A DNA stretch of 39,900 nucleotides from an uncultured delta proteobacterium (GCA_963733195.1 CAVTCR010000054.1:1-39900); one strand, 5' to 3'. Counted from the stretch's first letter, positions 21,994-32,371 are shown. Numbers and translations are program-made. The notes: generated from the letters alone by a model not told the origin.

Positions 21994-22397
21994 CCCCACT
22001 TGGTTAGGCAAACACGAGTCCCTTCACCAGGGCGGGAAGTGATCTCGAACTCATTGACTAACCGTCTGGCGCCTCCGAGTCCCAGACCCATGCCGCCGCC
22101 CGTAGTGTAGCCATCTTTCAGCGCCAGCTCGATATCGGGAATACCTGGTCCGTGATCCTCGAACGTCAACCGTAAGCCACGGCGATTTCCCTCATTTAAA
22201 AGGGCTTCAAGCTGCAGAGCGCCGCCTCCACCATAGTCCACCGTATTCCGCGCCAGCTCACTCGCGGCAGTGACAAGCTTGGTCTGGTTCACCAGGCTAA
22301 AGCCTTGTTGAATTGCCCACTGGCGCACTACCTGCCGGGCCCGAACAATGTCATCGGAAGATCGCAGCAGGGTCGTTTCAGACTTCAGGACGGCCAT
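21990..22397 (-). CDS. rsbT: Stressosome serine/threonine kinase RsbT
   Basis: DIVRARQ, TAASELARN, FEDHGPGIPDIELALKDGYTTGGGMGLGLGGARRLVNEF. Confidence 0.93.
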   Translation of the reverse strand: MAVLKSETTLLRSSDDIVRARQVVRQWAIQQGFSLVNQTKLVTAASELARNTVDYGGGGALQLEALLNEGNRRGLRLTFEDHGPGIPDIELALKDGYTTGGGMGLGLGGARRLVNEFEITSRPGEGTRVCLTKWG

Positions 22398-22767
22398 TGC
22401 TGCGCCCTCCTGGCGCCAGCGCGGCGCGGAGGAGGTCCATACCCTTCTCCACGTTGAGCGCTGTGCGGACACCTTTCAACGACAGCCCCAACTCCACCAA
22501 GGTGATCGCTACTGCTGGCTGCATGCCGACTATGACGGTGTCGGCGTCAAGCACACGAGACATCGCCGCAATATTGCTCAGCATGCGTCCGATGAATGAA
22601 TCTACGATTTCTAGCGATGAGATATCGATCGGCACACCCCGGGAGCGGGTTTTGACAATCTTCTCGGTCAGGTCATCTTGCAGCGTCACAGCCAGTTGGT
22701 CATGCATGTCCACCTGGATCGTGACCAGCAAGAATTCCGCCATCTTCAGAATCGGAATGCGTTCCAT
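22378..22767 (-). CDS. rsbS: Stressosome STAS protein RsbS
   Basis: RIPILK, IVDSFIGR (phospho-acceptor Ser), VGMQPAVAITLVELGL. Confidence 0.93.
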   Translation of the reverse strand: MERIPILKMAEFLLVTIQVDMHDQLAVTLQDDLTEKIVKTRSRGVPIDISSLEIVDSFIGRMLSNIAAMSRVLDADTVIVGMQPAVAITLVELGLSLKGVRTALNVEKGMDLLRAALAPGGRSNGRPEV

Positions 22768-22859
22768 AATATTCTCCCCAGCATTGCGCACCTTAGGTCC
22801 ATGGTCCGCAATCTGAAGGACTGAGCCGGTCCGGACTCTAGGCTAGCAAGCGCTCGATC

Positions 22860-23717
22860 CTAGTCTTTTTGTATTCTTTGTCCCGTACGCTGCAGCGCCA
22901 AGGCAAGGGCGCCAGCTAGTGTCGCTTTCGTCGTCACATCGCCAAGCTCCACGCCTAAATGTACGATGGTCTGTGCAATCTGCGGTCGGATACCACTGAT
23001 GATACAGTCGGCACCCATGAGCCGCGCAGCAGCCACCGTCTTGAGCAGGTGCTGCGCTACCAGGGTATCTACAGTGGGGACACCGGTGATGTCTATGATG
23101 GCAATGGCTGAACTGGTCTCCACGATTCGCTGTAGCAGGCTTTCCATCATTACCTGGGTGCGTGCGCTGTCCAGGGTGCCGATCAGCGGTAACGCCAGAA
23201 TGCCCTCCCACAGCTGCACTACGGGCGTAGAGAGTTCCAATAATTCCTGCTGTTGGCGAACAATCACCTCTTCACGGTTCTTCTGATAGACTTCGGTGGT
23301 GTAGAGTCCTAACTTGTCCAGCAATACGGTCGTCTGCCAAGTCTCCTCGGCCAGTCCATCGGTATTCCGCCCGTACTCCTGGCGCAGGCGGTCAAACAGA
23401 GGCTGCTTGAAAGAGAATACAAAGGTAGCAGTTTCCGAGGGGGAAAACCCTTGTTTGGCTCGGGAGCTAGAGACACTGGCAAGCACCTGGCGCGTGGATG
23501 CCCACTCAGGCGCCATAATATCATCTAGGCTGCTGTTATTAACGGCCTCCCGGAACACATTAAGGAACTGACTGGATTGCTCACGCAGTTCGGTGTCGTT
23601 CAACAGACCACGTCTCTGGGTGAGTATGGCCCCTTGCTTCTCCAGCCAGTCCGCCAGTAGTTCCCGTTCATACTTGCGGACAATCTCTGAGAGTTTACTC
23701 CCTCCGTCTTTACTCAT
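22860..23717 (-). CDS. rsbR: Stressosome scaffold RsbR (N-terminal sensor + STAS)
   Basis: RAKQGFSPSETATFVFSFK, ELSTPVVQLW, PLIGTLDSAR, DITGVPTVDTLVAQHL, SGIRPQIAQTIVHLG; SD GAAGGAG. Confidence 0.93.
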   Translation of the reverse strand: MSKDGGSKLSEIVRKYERELLADWLEKQGAILTQRRGLLNDTELREQSSQFLNVFREAVNNSSLDDIMAPEWASTRQVLASVSSSRAKQGFSPSETATFVFSFKQPLFDRLRQEYGRNTDGLAEETWQTTVLLDKLGLYTTEVYQKNREEVIVRQQQELLELSTPVVQLWEGILALPLIGTLDSARTQVMMESLLQRIVETSSAIAIIDITGVPTVDTLVAQHLLKTVAAARLMGADCIISGIRPQIAQTIVHLGVELGDVTTKATLAGALALALQRTGQRIQKD

Positions 23718-23990
23718 ATGGTCTTCTCCTTCGCTCAGTAACGTTGTCGTGAGAGGCGGGGACACTGCAACAGCGGCCTCTTCCTTCCTTGTCGTTGCTT
23801 CCCTCGTTGCTAGCCGTCTGTGCGTTAGCTACCTCTCTACCCCAATTCGGAGGTTAACCCACGCGGTTACGCGGAGAGCGAGTTGTTTCATTACGTCAAA
23901 CAATATCTTTCTCAATAAGACTACCTATGCAAGAGGGTCATGCTTTTGAGAGAAGTTGGGTGCGGATTGCACACTCAGGAGAAGAGTCAA

Positions 23991-24017
23991 CTCCAATAGC
24001 AATAAATGCTATTGGAG
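23991..24017. promoter_or_regulatory. Perfect 11-bp inverted repeat directly upstream of a sigma-54 motif
   Basis: CTCCAATAGCA-ATAAA-TGCTATTGGAG. Confidence 0.45.
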
Positions 24018-24023
24018 CATCTT

Positions 24024-24038
24024 TGGCATCGAGATTGC
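24024..24038 (+). promoter_or_regulatory. sigma-54 promoter candidate (SDR)
   Basis: TGGCATCGAGATTGC = GG-N10-GC. Confidence 0.7.
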
Positions 24039-24078
24039 ACAGAAGCGGGATAAGTAATTCTTGACCCACTTAATTACA

Positions 24079-24190
24079 ATGCAGTTTGCTAAAGACAACC
24101 CTATTATTATGATCGTATCCAGACCGTTAAGCGGAAAGTTTCTCGAAAGTGTTCCTTTTTTCCTACATTCATATGAGGTTTTCGTCACAT
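24079..24190 (+). promoter_or_regulatory. Conserved 5' leader element, copy 2
   Basis: Homologous to 8566-8679; hairpin GCGGAAA...CTCG...TGAG...TTTTCGT at 24131-24185. Confidence 0.5.
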
Positions 24191-24250
24191 TTTCTTTCTC
24201 TGCAGCACCTTTGACCTCATACTTATCTTTTTCTCTTTTCTGGGAACCCT

Positions 24251-25270
24251 ATGAACCAACAACGAAATGAACTATTAACGTTACTGACAGTGAGTGCAGG
24301 GATATGGGCAACAAGGGCAGCGCTACGACCAAGGCGTAGATACAATCTGCGGGATAAAGTCGTGCTTATTACTGGTGGTTCGCGAGGTTTGGGCTTGGCG
24401 CTCGCGCGTGAATTCGCCTATCAAGGAGCACGTATTGTCATTTGTGGCCGTGATCCAGACACACTCAAACGTGCTCAGAGGGAACTTGCTACTCAACCCA
24501 GTCAGACGCTGGCTATCCCTTGTGATGTCACTGATCAGCAGCAGGTATCACAACTCATCCGTACTGTGTACCAGCATTGGCAGCGCATCGATGTAGTAGT
24601 AAACAACGCTGGCACCATCACCGTTGGTCCGATGGAAGTAATGACCCACGCTGACTACGAAGAGGCGATGAATCTTCATTTTTGGGCACCCTTATATACC
24701 ACACTGGCAGTGCTTCCAGACATGCGGCGGCGTGGGGAGGGACGCATTGTTAATATCGCCTCAGTCGGTGGCAAACTCAGCGTCCCTCATTTGTTGCCCT
24801 ACTGCGCCAGTAAATTTGCTCTGGTTGGCTTGTCTGAGGGGTTGCGCTCGGAACTGATTCATGACGGCATTTACGTGACCACTGTGTGTCCGGGCTTGAT
24901 GCGTACAGGGAGTCCGCAGAATGCACAGTTCAAAGGACAACACCAGGCTGAGTATGCCTGGTTCAGTATTAGTGATTCACTGCCTTTTTTGTCGATGGAC
25001 GCTCAACGTGCGGCCCGGCAGATTATCAAGGCTTGCAAACAGGGGAGTGCAGAAGTGGTTCTCTCATTGCCCGCACAGTTGGCCGTAACATTTCACGGAC
25101 TCTTCCCGAAATTGACTGCGAGCGTTCTGGCAACAGCCAATCAGTTGCTGCCCGCCCCTGGTGGCATTGGCACCACACGCGCGAGGGGTAAGGAAAGCGC
25201 TTCCGCCCTTTCACCCTCTGTGCTGACGACCTTGGGAGAGCGAGCAGCGCAACATTTTAATCAAGGCTAA
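24251..25270 (+). CDS. Short-chain dehydrogenase/reductase
   Basis: TGGSRGLG, VNNAG, NIASVGG, YCASK. Confidence 0.95.
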   Translation: MNQQRNELLTLLTVSAGIWATRAALRPRRRYNLRDKVVLITGGSRGLGLALAREFAYQGARIVICGRDPDTLKRAQRELATQPSQTLAIPCDVTDQQQVSQLIRTVYQHWQRIDVVVNNAGTITVGPMEVMTHADYEEAMNLHFWAPLYTTLAVLPDMRRRGEGRIVNIASVGGKLSVPHLLPYCASKFALVGLSEGLRSELIHDGIYVTTVCPGLMRTGSPQNAQFKGQHQAEYAWFSISDSLPFLSMDAQRAARQIIKACKQGSAEVVLSLPAQLAVTFHGLFPKLTASVLATANQLLPAPGGIGTTRARGKESASALSPSVLTTLGERAAQHFNQG

Positions 25271-25322
25271 GCGACATATTCGCGGAGCCAGAGAACGCTC
25301 AAGATAAAGCCTATGTCTGCCA

Positions 25323-25415
25323 CACAGTAAGATATAGAATGCTAGTGACGATGGCAGGCACAGCCTGCCCTACCCTGAACCCGCGAAACCACGTAGGGCG
25401 GGCTGCGCCCGCCAT
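25323..25415. repeat. Inverted pair of GTAG-type REP-like palindromes with conserved flank
   Basis: atggcaggcacagcctgccctac (25351-25373) and gtagggcgggctgcgcccgccat (25393-25415). 25323-25373 recurs inverted at 36742-36793. Confidence 0.7.
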
Positions 25416-25508
25416 GGTGCGCTCAAGAAAAAATCCAGATTGTTGGTATGTCCTTCCTATAGTTTATGTGGCCCAGGAAAGCATCAACGTTTGCGTATTC
25501 CTTACTTC

Positions 25509-27875
25509 TCACATTGTCTTCCATTGCCAATCGCGAATCTCTGGCAGATCATCCCCGTGCTCGGTGATATATGCCTTGTGTTCGATGAGCTTATCGCGCA
25601 TTGCTTGTTTGGCATACGCTGCTAGATATCCGAGCTTCGGGACGCGATCGATTACATCTGTTACCAGATGGAAGCGGTCCATATCGTTGCGGACCACCAT
25701 ATCGAAGGGCGTCGTCGTTGTTCCTTCTTCCTTGTATCCACGAACGTGAAGATTGTTATGGTTGGTACGCCGGTACGTGAGACGATGAATCAACGAGGGA
25801 TAGCCGTGATAGGCAAAGAGGATCGGCTTATCAGTAGTGAAGAGCGTATCGAAGTCACGGTTGGAGAGCCCATGCGGGTGTTCTTCCTGCGGCTGTAGCT
25901 TCATCAGATCTACCACATTAATTACGCGAATCCTGAGAGCAGGAACATACTGTCGGAGCAAATGCACAGCAGCGAGCGTCTCTAACGTTGGTACGTCGCC
26001 TGCGCACGCCATCACTACGTCCGGCTCGCTGTCTTTGTCATTACTTGCCCATTCCCAGATGCCGATCCCAGCGGTGCAGTGTTTGATCGCGGCGTCCATG
26101 TCGAGATACTGCAACGCTGGTTGTTTCCCTGCAACAATAATATTCACGTAATTGCAACTACGCAGACAGTGATCCGTCACCGAGAGCAGGGTATTAGCGT
26201 CTGGTGGCAAGTAGACGCGGATGACGTCTGCCTTCTTGTTGACTGCGTGATCGATAAAGCCCGGATCTTGATGTGAGAACCCGTTGTGATCTTGGCGCCA
26301 GACATGCGAGGACAGCAAGTAGTTGAGAGAGGCGATCGGCGCTCGCCAGGAAATCTCTTTTCTGGTGGTCTTGAGCCATTTAGCATGTTGGTTGAACATC
26401 GAGTCCACCACATGGATAAACGCCTCGTAGGAGGCGAACAACCCATGCCGACCAGTGAGGAGGTAGCCTTCCAGCCACCCCTGGCATGTATGTTCGCTGA
26501 GGATTTCCATCACCCGTCCGTCCGGCGCTAAGTCGTCGTCCTCAGGGAGCGTCTCTGCCATCCACGCACAATTCGTGACTTCGAACAGCGCATTAAGCCG
26601 ATTGGAATGGGTCTCATCCGGACCAAACACGCGGAAATTGTGCGCCGCCAAGTTAAGTTTCATCACGTCACGGAGAAAACCACCCATTGCCCGTGTCGCT
26701 TCGGCAAATACTGTCGCCGGTTGCGTAACCTCGACGGCATATGCTCGGAAATCAGGCATCTGCAAGGGTTTGAGCAGCAACCCGCCGTTCGCGTGCGGAT
26801 TCGCACCCATACGGCGTGAACCACTAGGAGCGAGGGCAGCAAGCTCAGGTTTGAACTTCCCTGTCGCATCAAACAATTCCTCGGGCCGATAGCTTTTCAT
26901 CCACCTCTCAAGAATGCGGATGTGTTCGGGTTTTGTGGCCAACTCAGCCAAGGGGACTTGGTGTGATCGCCAGAACCCTTCAGTTTTCTTACCGTCGATT
27001 TCCTGTGGTCCGGTCCAGCCCTTGGGGCTGCGCAGGATAATCATCGGCCAACGTGGACGCTGTGTACTCTTTTGTGATCTGGCGTCGCGCTGAAGGTCAT
27101 GAATTTCGGCGATCACGGTTTCCAAGGTTTGCGCCATCAATTCGTGCATCACCTTGGGATCATCTCCCTCGACAAAATACGGTGTGTAGCCGTAGCCGAT
27201 GAAGAGGCTTTGCAGTTCTTCGTGGCTAATACGCGCCAGTACGGTGGGATTGGCGATTTTGTAGCCGTTCAAATGCAAGATCGGCAGCACTGCACCGTCA
27301 GTGATGGGATTAAGAAATTTGTTGGAATGCCAGGCGGTCGCCAATGGCCCCGTCTCAGCTTCACCATCGCCGACGACGCACGCAACGATGAGATCGGGGT
27401 TGTCAAACGCCGCTCCATACGCATGCGAGACCGCGTAGCCAAGTTCTCCTCCCTCGTGAATCGAACCTGGAGTTTCGGGCGCTACGTGACTAGGGATACC
27501 ACCCGGAAAGGAGAACTGTTTGAAGAGGCGTTTCAGACCTTCTGTATCCTGAGACACGCTGGGATAGAATTCACTATATGTTCCCTCTAAGTACGTGTTG
27601 GCGACGATGCCGGGGCCACCGTGGCCCGGACCCGCGATATAGATCATATTCAGGTCGTAGGCTTTGATCACGCGGTTGAGGTGCACATAGATGAAATTGA
27701 GACCAGGCGTCGTTCCCCAATGGCCGAGTAGTCTAGGTTTGATATGTTCGAGGGTGAGCGGATTGGTGAGGAGGGGATTGTCGAGTAGATAGATTTGTCC
27801 TACCGAGAGGTAATTCGCGGCCCGCCAATAAGCATCCAACCCTTGTCGTTCAGCGTCGGACAGAACATTAGACAT
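25509..27875 (-). CDS. xfp: Xylulose-5-phosphate/fructose-6-phosphate phosphoketolase
   Basis: [59 protein letters not shown]. Confidence 0.97.
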   Translation of the reverse strand: MSNVLSDAERQGLDAYWRAANYLSVGQIYLLDNPLLTNPLTLEHIKPRLLGHWGTTPGLNFIYVHLNRVIKAYDLNMIYIAGPGHGGPGIVANTYLEGTYSEFYPSVSQDTEGLKRLFKQFSFPGGIPSHVAPETPGSIHEGGELGYAVSHAYGAAFDNPDLIVACVVGDGEAETGPLATAWHSNKFLNPITDGAVLPILHLNGYKIANPTVLARISHEELQSLFIGYGYTPYFVEGDDPKVMHELMAQTLETVIAEIHDLQRDARSQKSTQRPRWPMIILRSPKGWTGPQEIDGKKTEGFWRSHQVPLAELATKPEHIRILERWMKSYRPEELFDATGKFKPELAALAPSGSRRMGANPHANGGLLLKPLQMPDFRAYAVEVTQPATVFAEATRAMGGFLRDVMKLNLAAHNFRVFGPDETHSNRLNALFEVTNCAWMAETLPEDDDLAPDGRVMEILSEHTCQGWLEGYLLTGRHGLFASYEAFIHVVDSMFNQHAKWLKTTRKEISWRAPIASLNYLLSSHVWRQDHNGFSHQDPGFIDHAVNKKADVIRVYLPPDANTLLSVTDHCLRSCNYVNIIVAGKQPALQYLDMDAAIKHCTAGIGIWEWASNDKDSEPDVVMACAGDVPTLETLAAVHLLRQYVPALRIRVINVVDLMKLQPQEEHPHGLSNRDFDTLFTTDKPILFAYHGYPSLIHRLTYRRTNHNNLHVRGYKEEGTTTTPFDMVVRNDMDRFHLVTDVIDRVPKLGYLAAYAKQAMRDKLIEHKAYITEHGDDLPEIRDWQWKTM

Positions 27876-27979
27876 AAATGTGTTCGCTCCTTTGCAGCCT
27901 CACTCGGACAGGCTCGCACGCTTTCTTGTTTCTACTGTAAGGTCACATTAATCTGCTTTATCCGACCGTTTTTGTGGCC

Positions 27980-27994
27980 GCAAGAAGAATACCA
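27980..27994 (-). promoter_or_regulatory. sigma-54 promoter candidate (xfp)
   Basis: Minus strand TGGTATTCTTCTTGC = GG-N10-GC. Confidence 0.55.
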
Positions 27995-28092
27995 GCCTGT
28001 GACTCCAACGGGTATCGGGGGAAGAGGTAGAGAGCTTGTTGTGTCGGCATTCGAGCTGAGAAAAGTAGTCTAGCGTTGTGCCAGCTCGGAGT

Positions 28093-28131
28093 TGTAGGTT
28101 TTGCGCTACTGTCTGTAGGGAAAATGTTACA
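28093..28131 (+). promoter_or_regulatory. Candidate enhancer (UAS): two TGTAGG boxes 21 bp apart
   Basis: TGTAGGttttgcgCTACt and TGTAGGgaaaatgTTACA, between two divergent sigma-54 motifs. Confidence 0.45.
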
Positions 28132-28205
28132 CTAGTGACCCAGGTGAGGGGTCTTACGTCTAAACCTCTCCGCCAAGTCCGCTCTTTTGTAGTGTTCCTT
28201 GAGTG

Positions 28206-28220
28206 CGGTCCTGTTTTTGC
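28206..28220 (+). promoter_or_regulatory. sigma-54 promoter candidate (YdbH-like operon), weaker match
   Basis: CGGTCCTGTTTTTGC = GG-N10-GC. Confidence 0.4.
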
Positions 28221-28321
28221 GTTCTATTTAGAAAGCAGCGTGCGAAGCTCTGAGCGAAATCTCGAAGGCGGTGTAGCCGCGGCTCCGTAAACGGCTGCAG
28301 CGGTGAGTACCTGGTTATAAT

Positions 28322-30061
28322 ATGGGGAGATTTGTCCGGCTCCACAAACTTAAATGGCTCATCGCTGGGTCGTTCTTTTTCCTAGCAATAATGTTTGTGG
28401 CGCCGTTCCTACTGCCCGCGCCCTTCGTGCGTCTCGCGCTTGTGTATATTTTTCCGGCCCACACGCCGAGCCTCGGGAGTGCAACACTTACCCCAGAAGG
28501 CAGACTGGTCCTATACGATCTGGTGCTGCATGACACCGAAGCATTGGGGCAGCCGCCGCTGCTCACGGTCCGTGAGGTTGAAGCCGTATTTGATTGGACC
28601 GCCGTGCTTTCGCATCAGATTCGCCAGATCCGTGCCAAGGAGGTGAAGGTCTACGCCCGGCTCACTGACCCATCGCCTCTTGGGCTGCTGGAGCTGTTTG
28701 TCCCGCGCTCGTCTTTTACTCCCACAGCGAAGTCCCAGCGCAGTACCTTGCCACTGTGGATTGATACTCTTAACGTGCAGGGTCTGCTGCACCTGGAGGC
28801 AGGTAAGGGCTTCACGCCAGCCACGGCCGCGTGGCCGCTGACGCTACAGATGACTATGTCTGGCGACCGCTTGAAGCCGAATCGGCGTTTCCACGTCGCC
28901 GTCGGCAAAGCCGGATCTATTCATGAAAAGACACCGAAATCACCTACAAGTGTTACCTCCACACCTACCCGTAGTGTTGGAGATGCTTTCGGCCTCTGGG
29001 CAGACTTCGACATGCAACTTGTGGCCGGAGATACACGCGTGGTGGTGCACCGTTTGGTGGCCGGGCCAGTAGGCCTAAGGATTGCAGCTGAGGCTTTGCG
29101 CCAATACGCTCCGAAGCTGCCGGTCGAGTTTTCGGGCCCTCTTTCCACTAATTTCGTAGCGCTAGACCTGTCAGGTCAGATCGCCGTCAGACCGGAAGGA
29201 GAGATGGAATTCAACGGTCAGCTTCGACTGCAAGATCTCAGCATGCGCTGGCCAGTCGAGGGCAACCCTGCCTTACTCCTGGATCGGCTCACGGTAGCAG
29301 GTCACGTGGAGTCGCGCCTCGACCGTTGGACGCCGGCGACACTCCAGGTGCGCCAAGGCAGGCTCCACTGGGCCGCGTTGTCCTACGGTACCCAAGCTGT
29401 ACACAACTTCGAGACGGACTGGTACATCGAAGACCAGAAGTTGATAACCAAGCGCTGTGCAGCCCAGCTCTTTGATGGGCACATCCAAGGCTCACTCACC
29501 TGGGATCTAGCAACCCACGCTATTCCGCAATGCGACTTTCAGCTCAAGAGCATCAACATGCACAAAGCGTTGGCTAACCTCTCGCCTGAGCATCTCGATG
29601 CTGAGGGCCGCGCTAGTGGCGTCTTGCATCTGAGCCGAAGCTCGGTGGGGAAGCTCTCCGGTTCTGTGGAGCTGACCTTTGATGAGCCAGGTCTCCTGCG
29701 TATCGGTGAGGTCGCAGAGGTTAGGCAGATGTTGGTCGGTAACGTCGGCCTCGAACTGGCCAATCTGGCGATGTACGATCTCCAGCAGTATCCTTTCAAG
29801 GAAGGTAAAGTGTATCTGGAGAGTGTGGATGAGAATTCCCAGTTGAAGATCAACTTTGTCAGACAACCCAGCCTCCACACTAAGGTGACACCACCGCGTC
29901 AGGCGACCCTCAATGGTCAAGAAGTACGGGTCCGATCGCTAGTGGTGCCGACGATTGACCTGACAATTCCGATCAAGGGGACATCACTTGCGACCATCCT
30001 CTCGCTGATCAGCGGGGTTCGTCCCTTGTTCGAGACCAGCGGCGAGCAATCTGGAAAGTAG
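28322..30061 (+). CDS. Membrane-anchored beta-rich protein, AsmA/YdbH-like
   Basis: One N-terminal TM helix, then alternating hydrophobic beta-strand pattern; late segment AQLFDGHIQG...AEGRASGVL...PGLLRI; upstream of a YnbE/YdbL-like gene. Confidence 0.55.
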   Translation: MGRFVRLHKLKWLIAGSFFFLAIMFVAPFLLPAPFVRLALVYIFPAHTPSLGSATLTPEGRLVLYDLVLHDTEALGQPPLLTVREVEAVFDWTAVLSHQIRQIRAKEVKVYARLTDPSPLGLLELFVPRSSFTPTAKSQRSTLPLWIDTLNVQGLLHLEAGKGFTPATAAWPLTLQMTMSGDRLKPNRRFHVAVGKAGSIHEKTPKSPTSVTSTPTRSVGDAFGLWADFDMQLVAGDTRVVVHRLVAGPVGLRIAAEALRQYAPKLPVEFSGPLSTNFVALDLSGQIAVRPEGEMEFNGQLRLQDLSMRWPVEGNPALLLDRLTVAGHVESRLDRWTPATLQVRQGRLHWAALSYGTQAVHNFETDWYIEDQKLITKRCAAQLFDGHIQGSLTWDLATHAIPQCDFQLKSINMHKALANLSPEHLDAEGRASGVLHLSRSSVGKLSGSVELTFDEPGLLRIGEVAEVRQMLVGNVGLELANLAMYDLQQYPFKEGKVYLESVDENSQLKINFVRQPSLHTKVTPPRQATLNGQEVRVRSLVVPTIDLTIPIKGTSLATILSLISGVRPLFETSGEQSGK

Positions 30062-30068
30062 GGCACGT

Positions 30069-30734
30069 GTGATGAAATGTGTACGACTCTTGTTTATAGC
30101 GATCGTCGTGGCTGTGGTGGCCATGGGTGGTTGCCTACAAACTAAAAGTGAGGTAGCCGTCAAACCTGTGGATATCAACCTTAACATCACCGGTAGGCTA
30201 GAGGTGGTGATCACCGATGCGCGGCGCCAGGCGGCGGAGATTACAGGGGAGAAGCCCAAACGCACGGTACGACCGGAAGACATTGGTTTGCCGCCGGTAT
30301 TAAAGCCTACGTCCAAGGTCGCTGGCCCCAATACGATACGGACTGGACAGCGTCCGACATTCTCAATAGTGCCAGTGGGGCTCTCCTATGCGGCAGAGGT
30401 GAGTAGCGATCGGCAAGCACAGCTAATCCAGCAGATGGCGAGTCGGCACCCGCAAATCGAAGCGCTTCTCGCCAGTCAAGTCGTAGGGGAAAGCCACACG
30501 GGGGCCCTCGTAGCCAGAGCTAGTCTCTCGGCCAGTCAGCAGGCTTTGATCACTGCCGAGAATGCTGACCGTACGGAGCTCTACAAACTAGAAGCGGCAA
30601 AGAAGCAGACGGCGCTGGATCAGGTAATATTGAGCTATTACCTGGCGCGTTTGGAACACGTGAACAAAGGAGCCTGGGTGGAACGCTATAATAAAGCAAC
30701 GGGTAGTTGGGAATGGTTTCAGTGGGACCGATAA
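30069..30734 (+). CDS. Lipoprotein, YnbE-like N-terminus fused to a YdbL (DUF1318)-like domain
   Basis: Lipobox-like AMGGC, VKPVDINLNI (YnbE-like), VVGESHTGAL...AENADRTELY...GAWVE (DUF1318-like). Confidence 0.65.
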   Translation: MMKCVRLLFIAIVVAVVAMGGCLQTKSEVAVKPVDINLNITGRLEVVITDARRQAAEITGEKPKRTVRPEDIGLPPVLKPTSKVAGPNTIRTGQRPTFSIVPVGLSYAAEVSSDRQAQLIQQMASRHPQIEALLASQVVGESHTGALVARASLSASQQALITAENADRTELYKLEAAKKQTALDQVILSYYLARLEHVNKGAWVERYNKATGSWEWFQWDR

Positions 30735-31698
30735 CTATATCGAGCCGCTGTAAATCAAGTGAGCCGTCGCCTCGGCATGCTTCGGCTCCTCTATCTTGCG
30801 CCATACCGACCAATAACCTTTGAAGCGGCAAGCGAAATCTCGCGGGGAGTCCTGAAAGAGCCGGTGCCCGAGCAGTATCGCTTCCTCCTCCAGTTCCTCG
30901 CGGCGGCGATCGATAAGAGCTAAGAGCAACTCCAACCCTTCTTCACCGCCGAAGCGCTCTGGGTCATGTGTCAACATCTGGCGCAGCACTGCCAGGTCGT
31001 GGTCATCGCCAAGCAGCTCGCCGAGATGGGTCGGCTTGGCTAGCGAGCGGTTCCATCATCTCCGGCCATATCGTCCGCAGGATTTCCAGCTGGTAACGAA
31101 GATACTTTACCTGCTTGCGCCACTCGTGCAGCTTCGTCACCGTCGGGTCGGCGGTCGCGTTTGCGAAGGCCCGGCGGGCCTGCCGGTAGACGTGCTGCAC
31201 TCCGTTGCCCATACTCGACCACCGGTCTGGCACATCGGTCCAACCATCCAGACGCTCCAGTGCCTTCCGGACAGCAGTCTCCACCGCAGCAAAGGCGTTC
31301 TCTTCGTCGAGTACCCGTTTGCGCACCTCGCGCTGATGGGTCATTAGCGCCTTGCGTGCCATGGCGAAGGGATGACCGCGCACACGGTCCGCAAAGTGCT
31401 TGGCTACCTTGTCCACGGTCTCAACGAGGATCTTGGCGTCGCGCACCTCAGTCAGTGGACGGGCGGCGTCACGAAATGCGGTGTTCTCGTACTGGTAAGT
31501 CCGATCGTTAATCGCTGGCCGCACCAGACGGAGAATAGCGCGAATCTTTTTGAAGCACTTGCGGGCCTCATGAACTGCCTCGTCACGTGAGCCATTGGAC
31601 GTCCGAGCTACTTGCTTCAGAGCGTACTCCATCTCCTTCCGTGCGATCCGCCGAATTCCTTTGTCGAGCGATTCGTCCAGTTTGAGTGCAAATGACAC
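30735..31698 (-). CDS. CHAD domain protein; one frameshift near 31030
   Basis: AVHEARKCFKKIRAILRL, VRDA, LHEWRKQVKYLRY, then LLGDDHDLAVL in the frame of ORF 30735..30989. Confidence 0.88.
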
Positions 31699-31746
31699 GA
31701 TGCGATCTCCTCGAAAAAAAGAGAGCTGCTTGTGGCCCTGACGGCG

Positions 31747-32322
31747 TCACTTCTTTGACCGGCTTCGGGACTTACCAGGACCCTTGCGAGCCTGAGCGTA
31801 GGCGAGCATAGCTGCATCTATCATTTCCTGTGCCTTCTCAGGTCCCTGACGACCCAGCGACTTGAACTGTCGGCCTTCCATCTGGTTATACGAGATGAAA
31901 AAGTGTTCGACCTCGTCTAGGGACTGGGGGTGCAGCTCTTCCAGAGAATGGAATGTAGGAGGATTGTAGGGCGTCTCGACCACGGTCACGAGTCGGTCGT
32001 TGCGCACGGTCTTTCCCTTTTCGGTTTGCTCGGCTTCGAGAACCCCGATGAGCCGGGCGGGCACAACACAACCAGGAAAGGCATGTTCTTCCAGAAGGAC
32101 CAATGCGTCTATTGGGTCGCCGTCCTCACCGCGTGTCGATGGGATAAACCCGAAGTCGAAGGGGAACGAAGCTCCCAACGGCAGGACTTTACTCAGTCGC
32201 CACAGACCATTTTCCTCGTCGTATTTATACTTGTTGCGGCAACCCTTGGGGGTATCGACAATAACATTTAGCAGGCCCGAGTCCGGATTCCTCGCTGGTA
32301 ACTGATTGAGTAGGATCGCCAT
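31747..32322 (-). CDS. ppa: Family I inorganic pyrophosphatase
   Basis: DTPKGCRNKYKYD, FPFDFGFIPSTRGEDGDPID, RNDRL, HFFISYN. Confidence 0.92.
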   Translation of the reverse strand: MAILLNQLPARNPDSGLLNVIVDTPKGCRNKYKYDEENGLWRLSKVLPLGASFPFDFGFIPSTRGEDGDPIDALVLLEEHAFPGCVVPARLIGVLEAEQTEKGKTVRNDRLVTVVETPYNPPTFHSLEELHPQSLDEVEHFFISYNQMEGRQFKSLGRQGPEKAQEMIDAAMLAYAQARKGPGKSRSRSKK

Positions 32323-32356
32323 GCTCGCCTCCCGCGTATCGAGACGTCAAGCTCCC

Positions 32357-32371
32357 GCAAATGAGATGCCA
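32357..32371 (-). promoter_or_regulatory. sigma-54 promoter candidate (ppa-CHAD)
   Basis: Minus strand TGGCATCTCATTTGC = GG-N10-GC. Confidence 0.7.
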
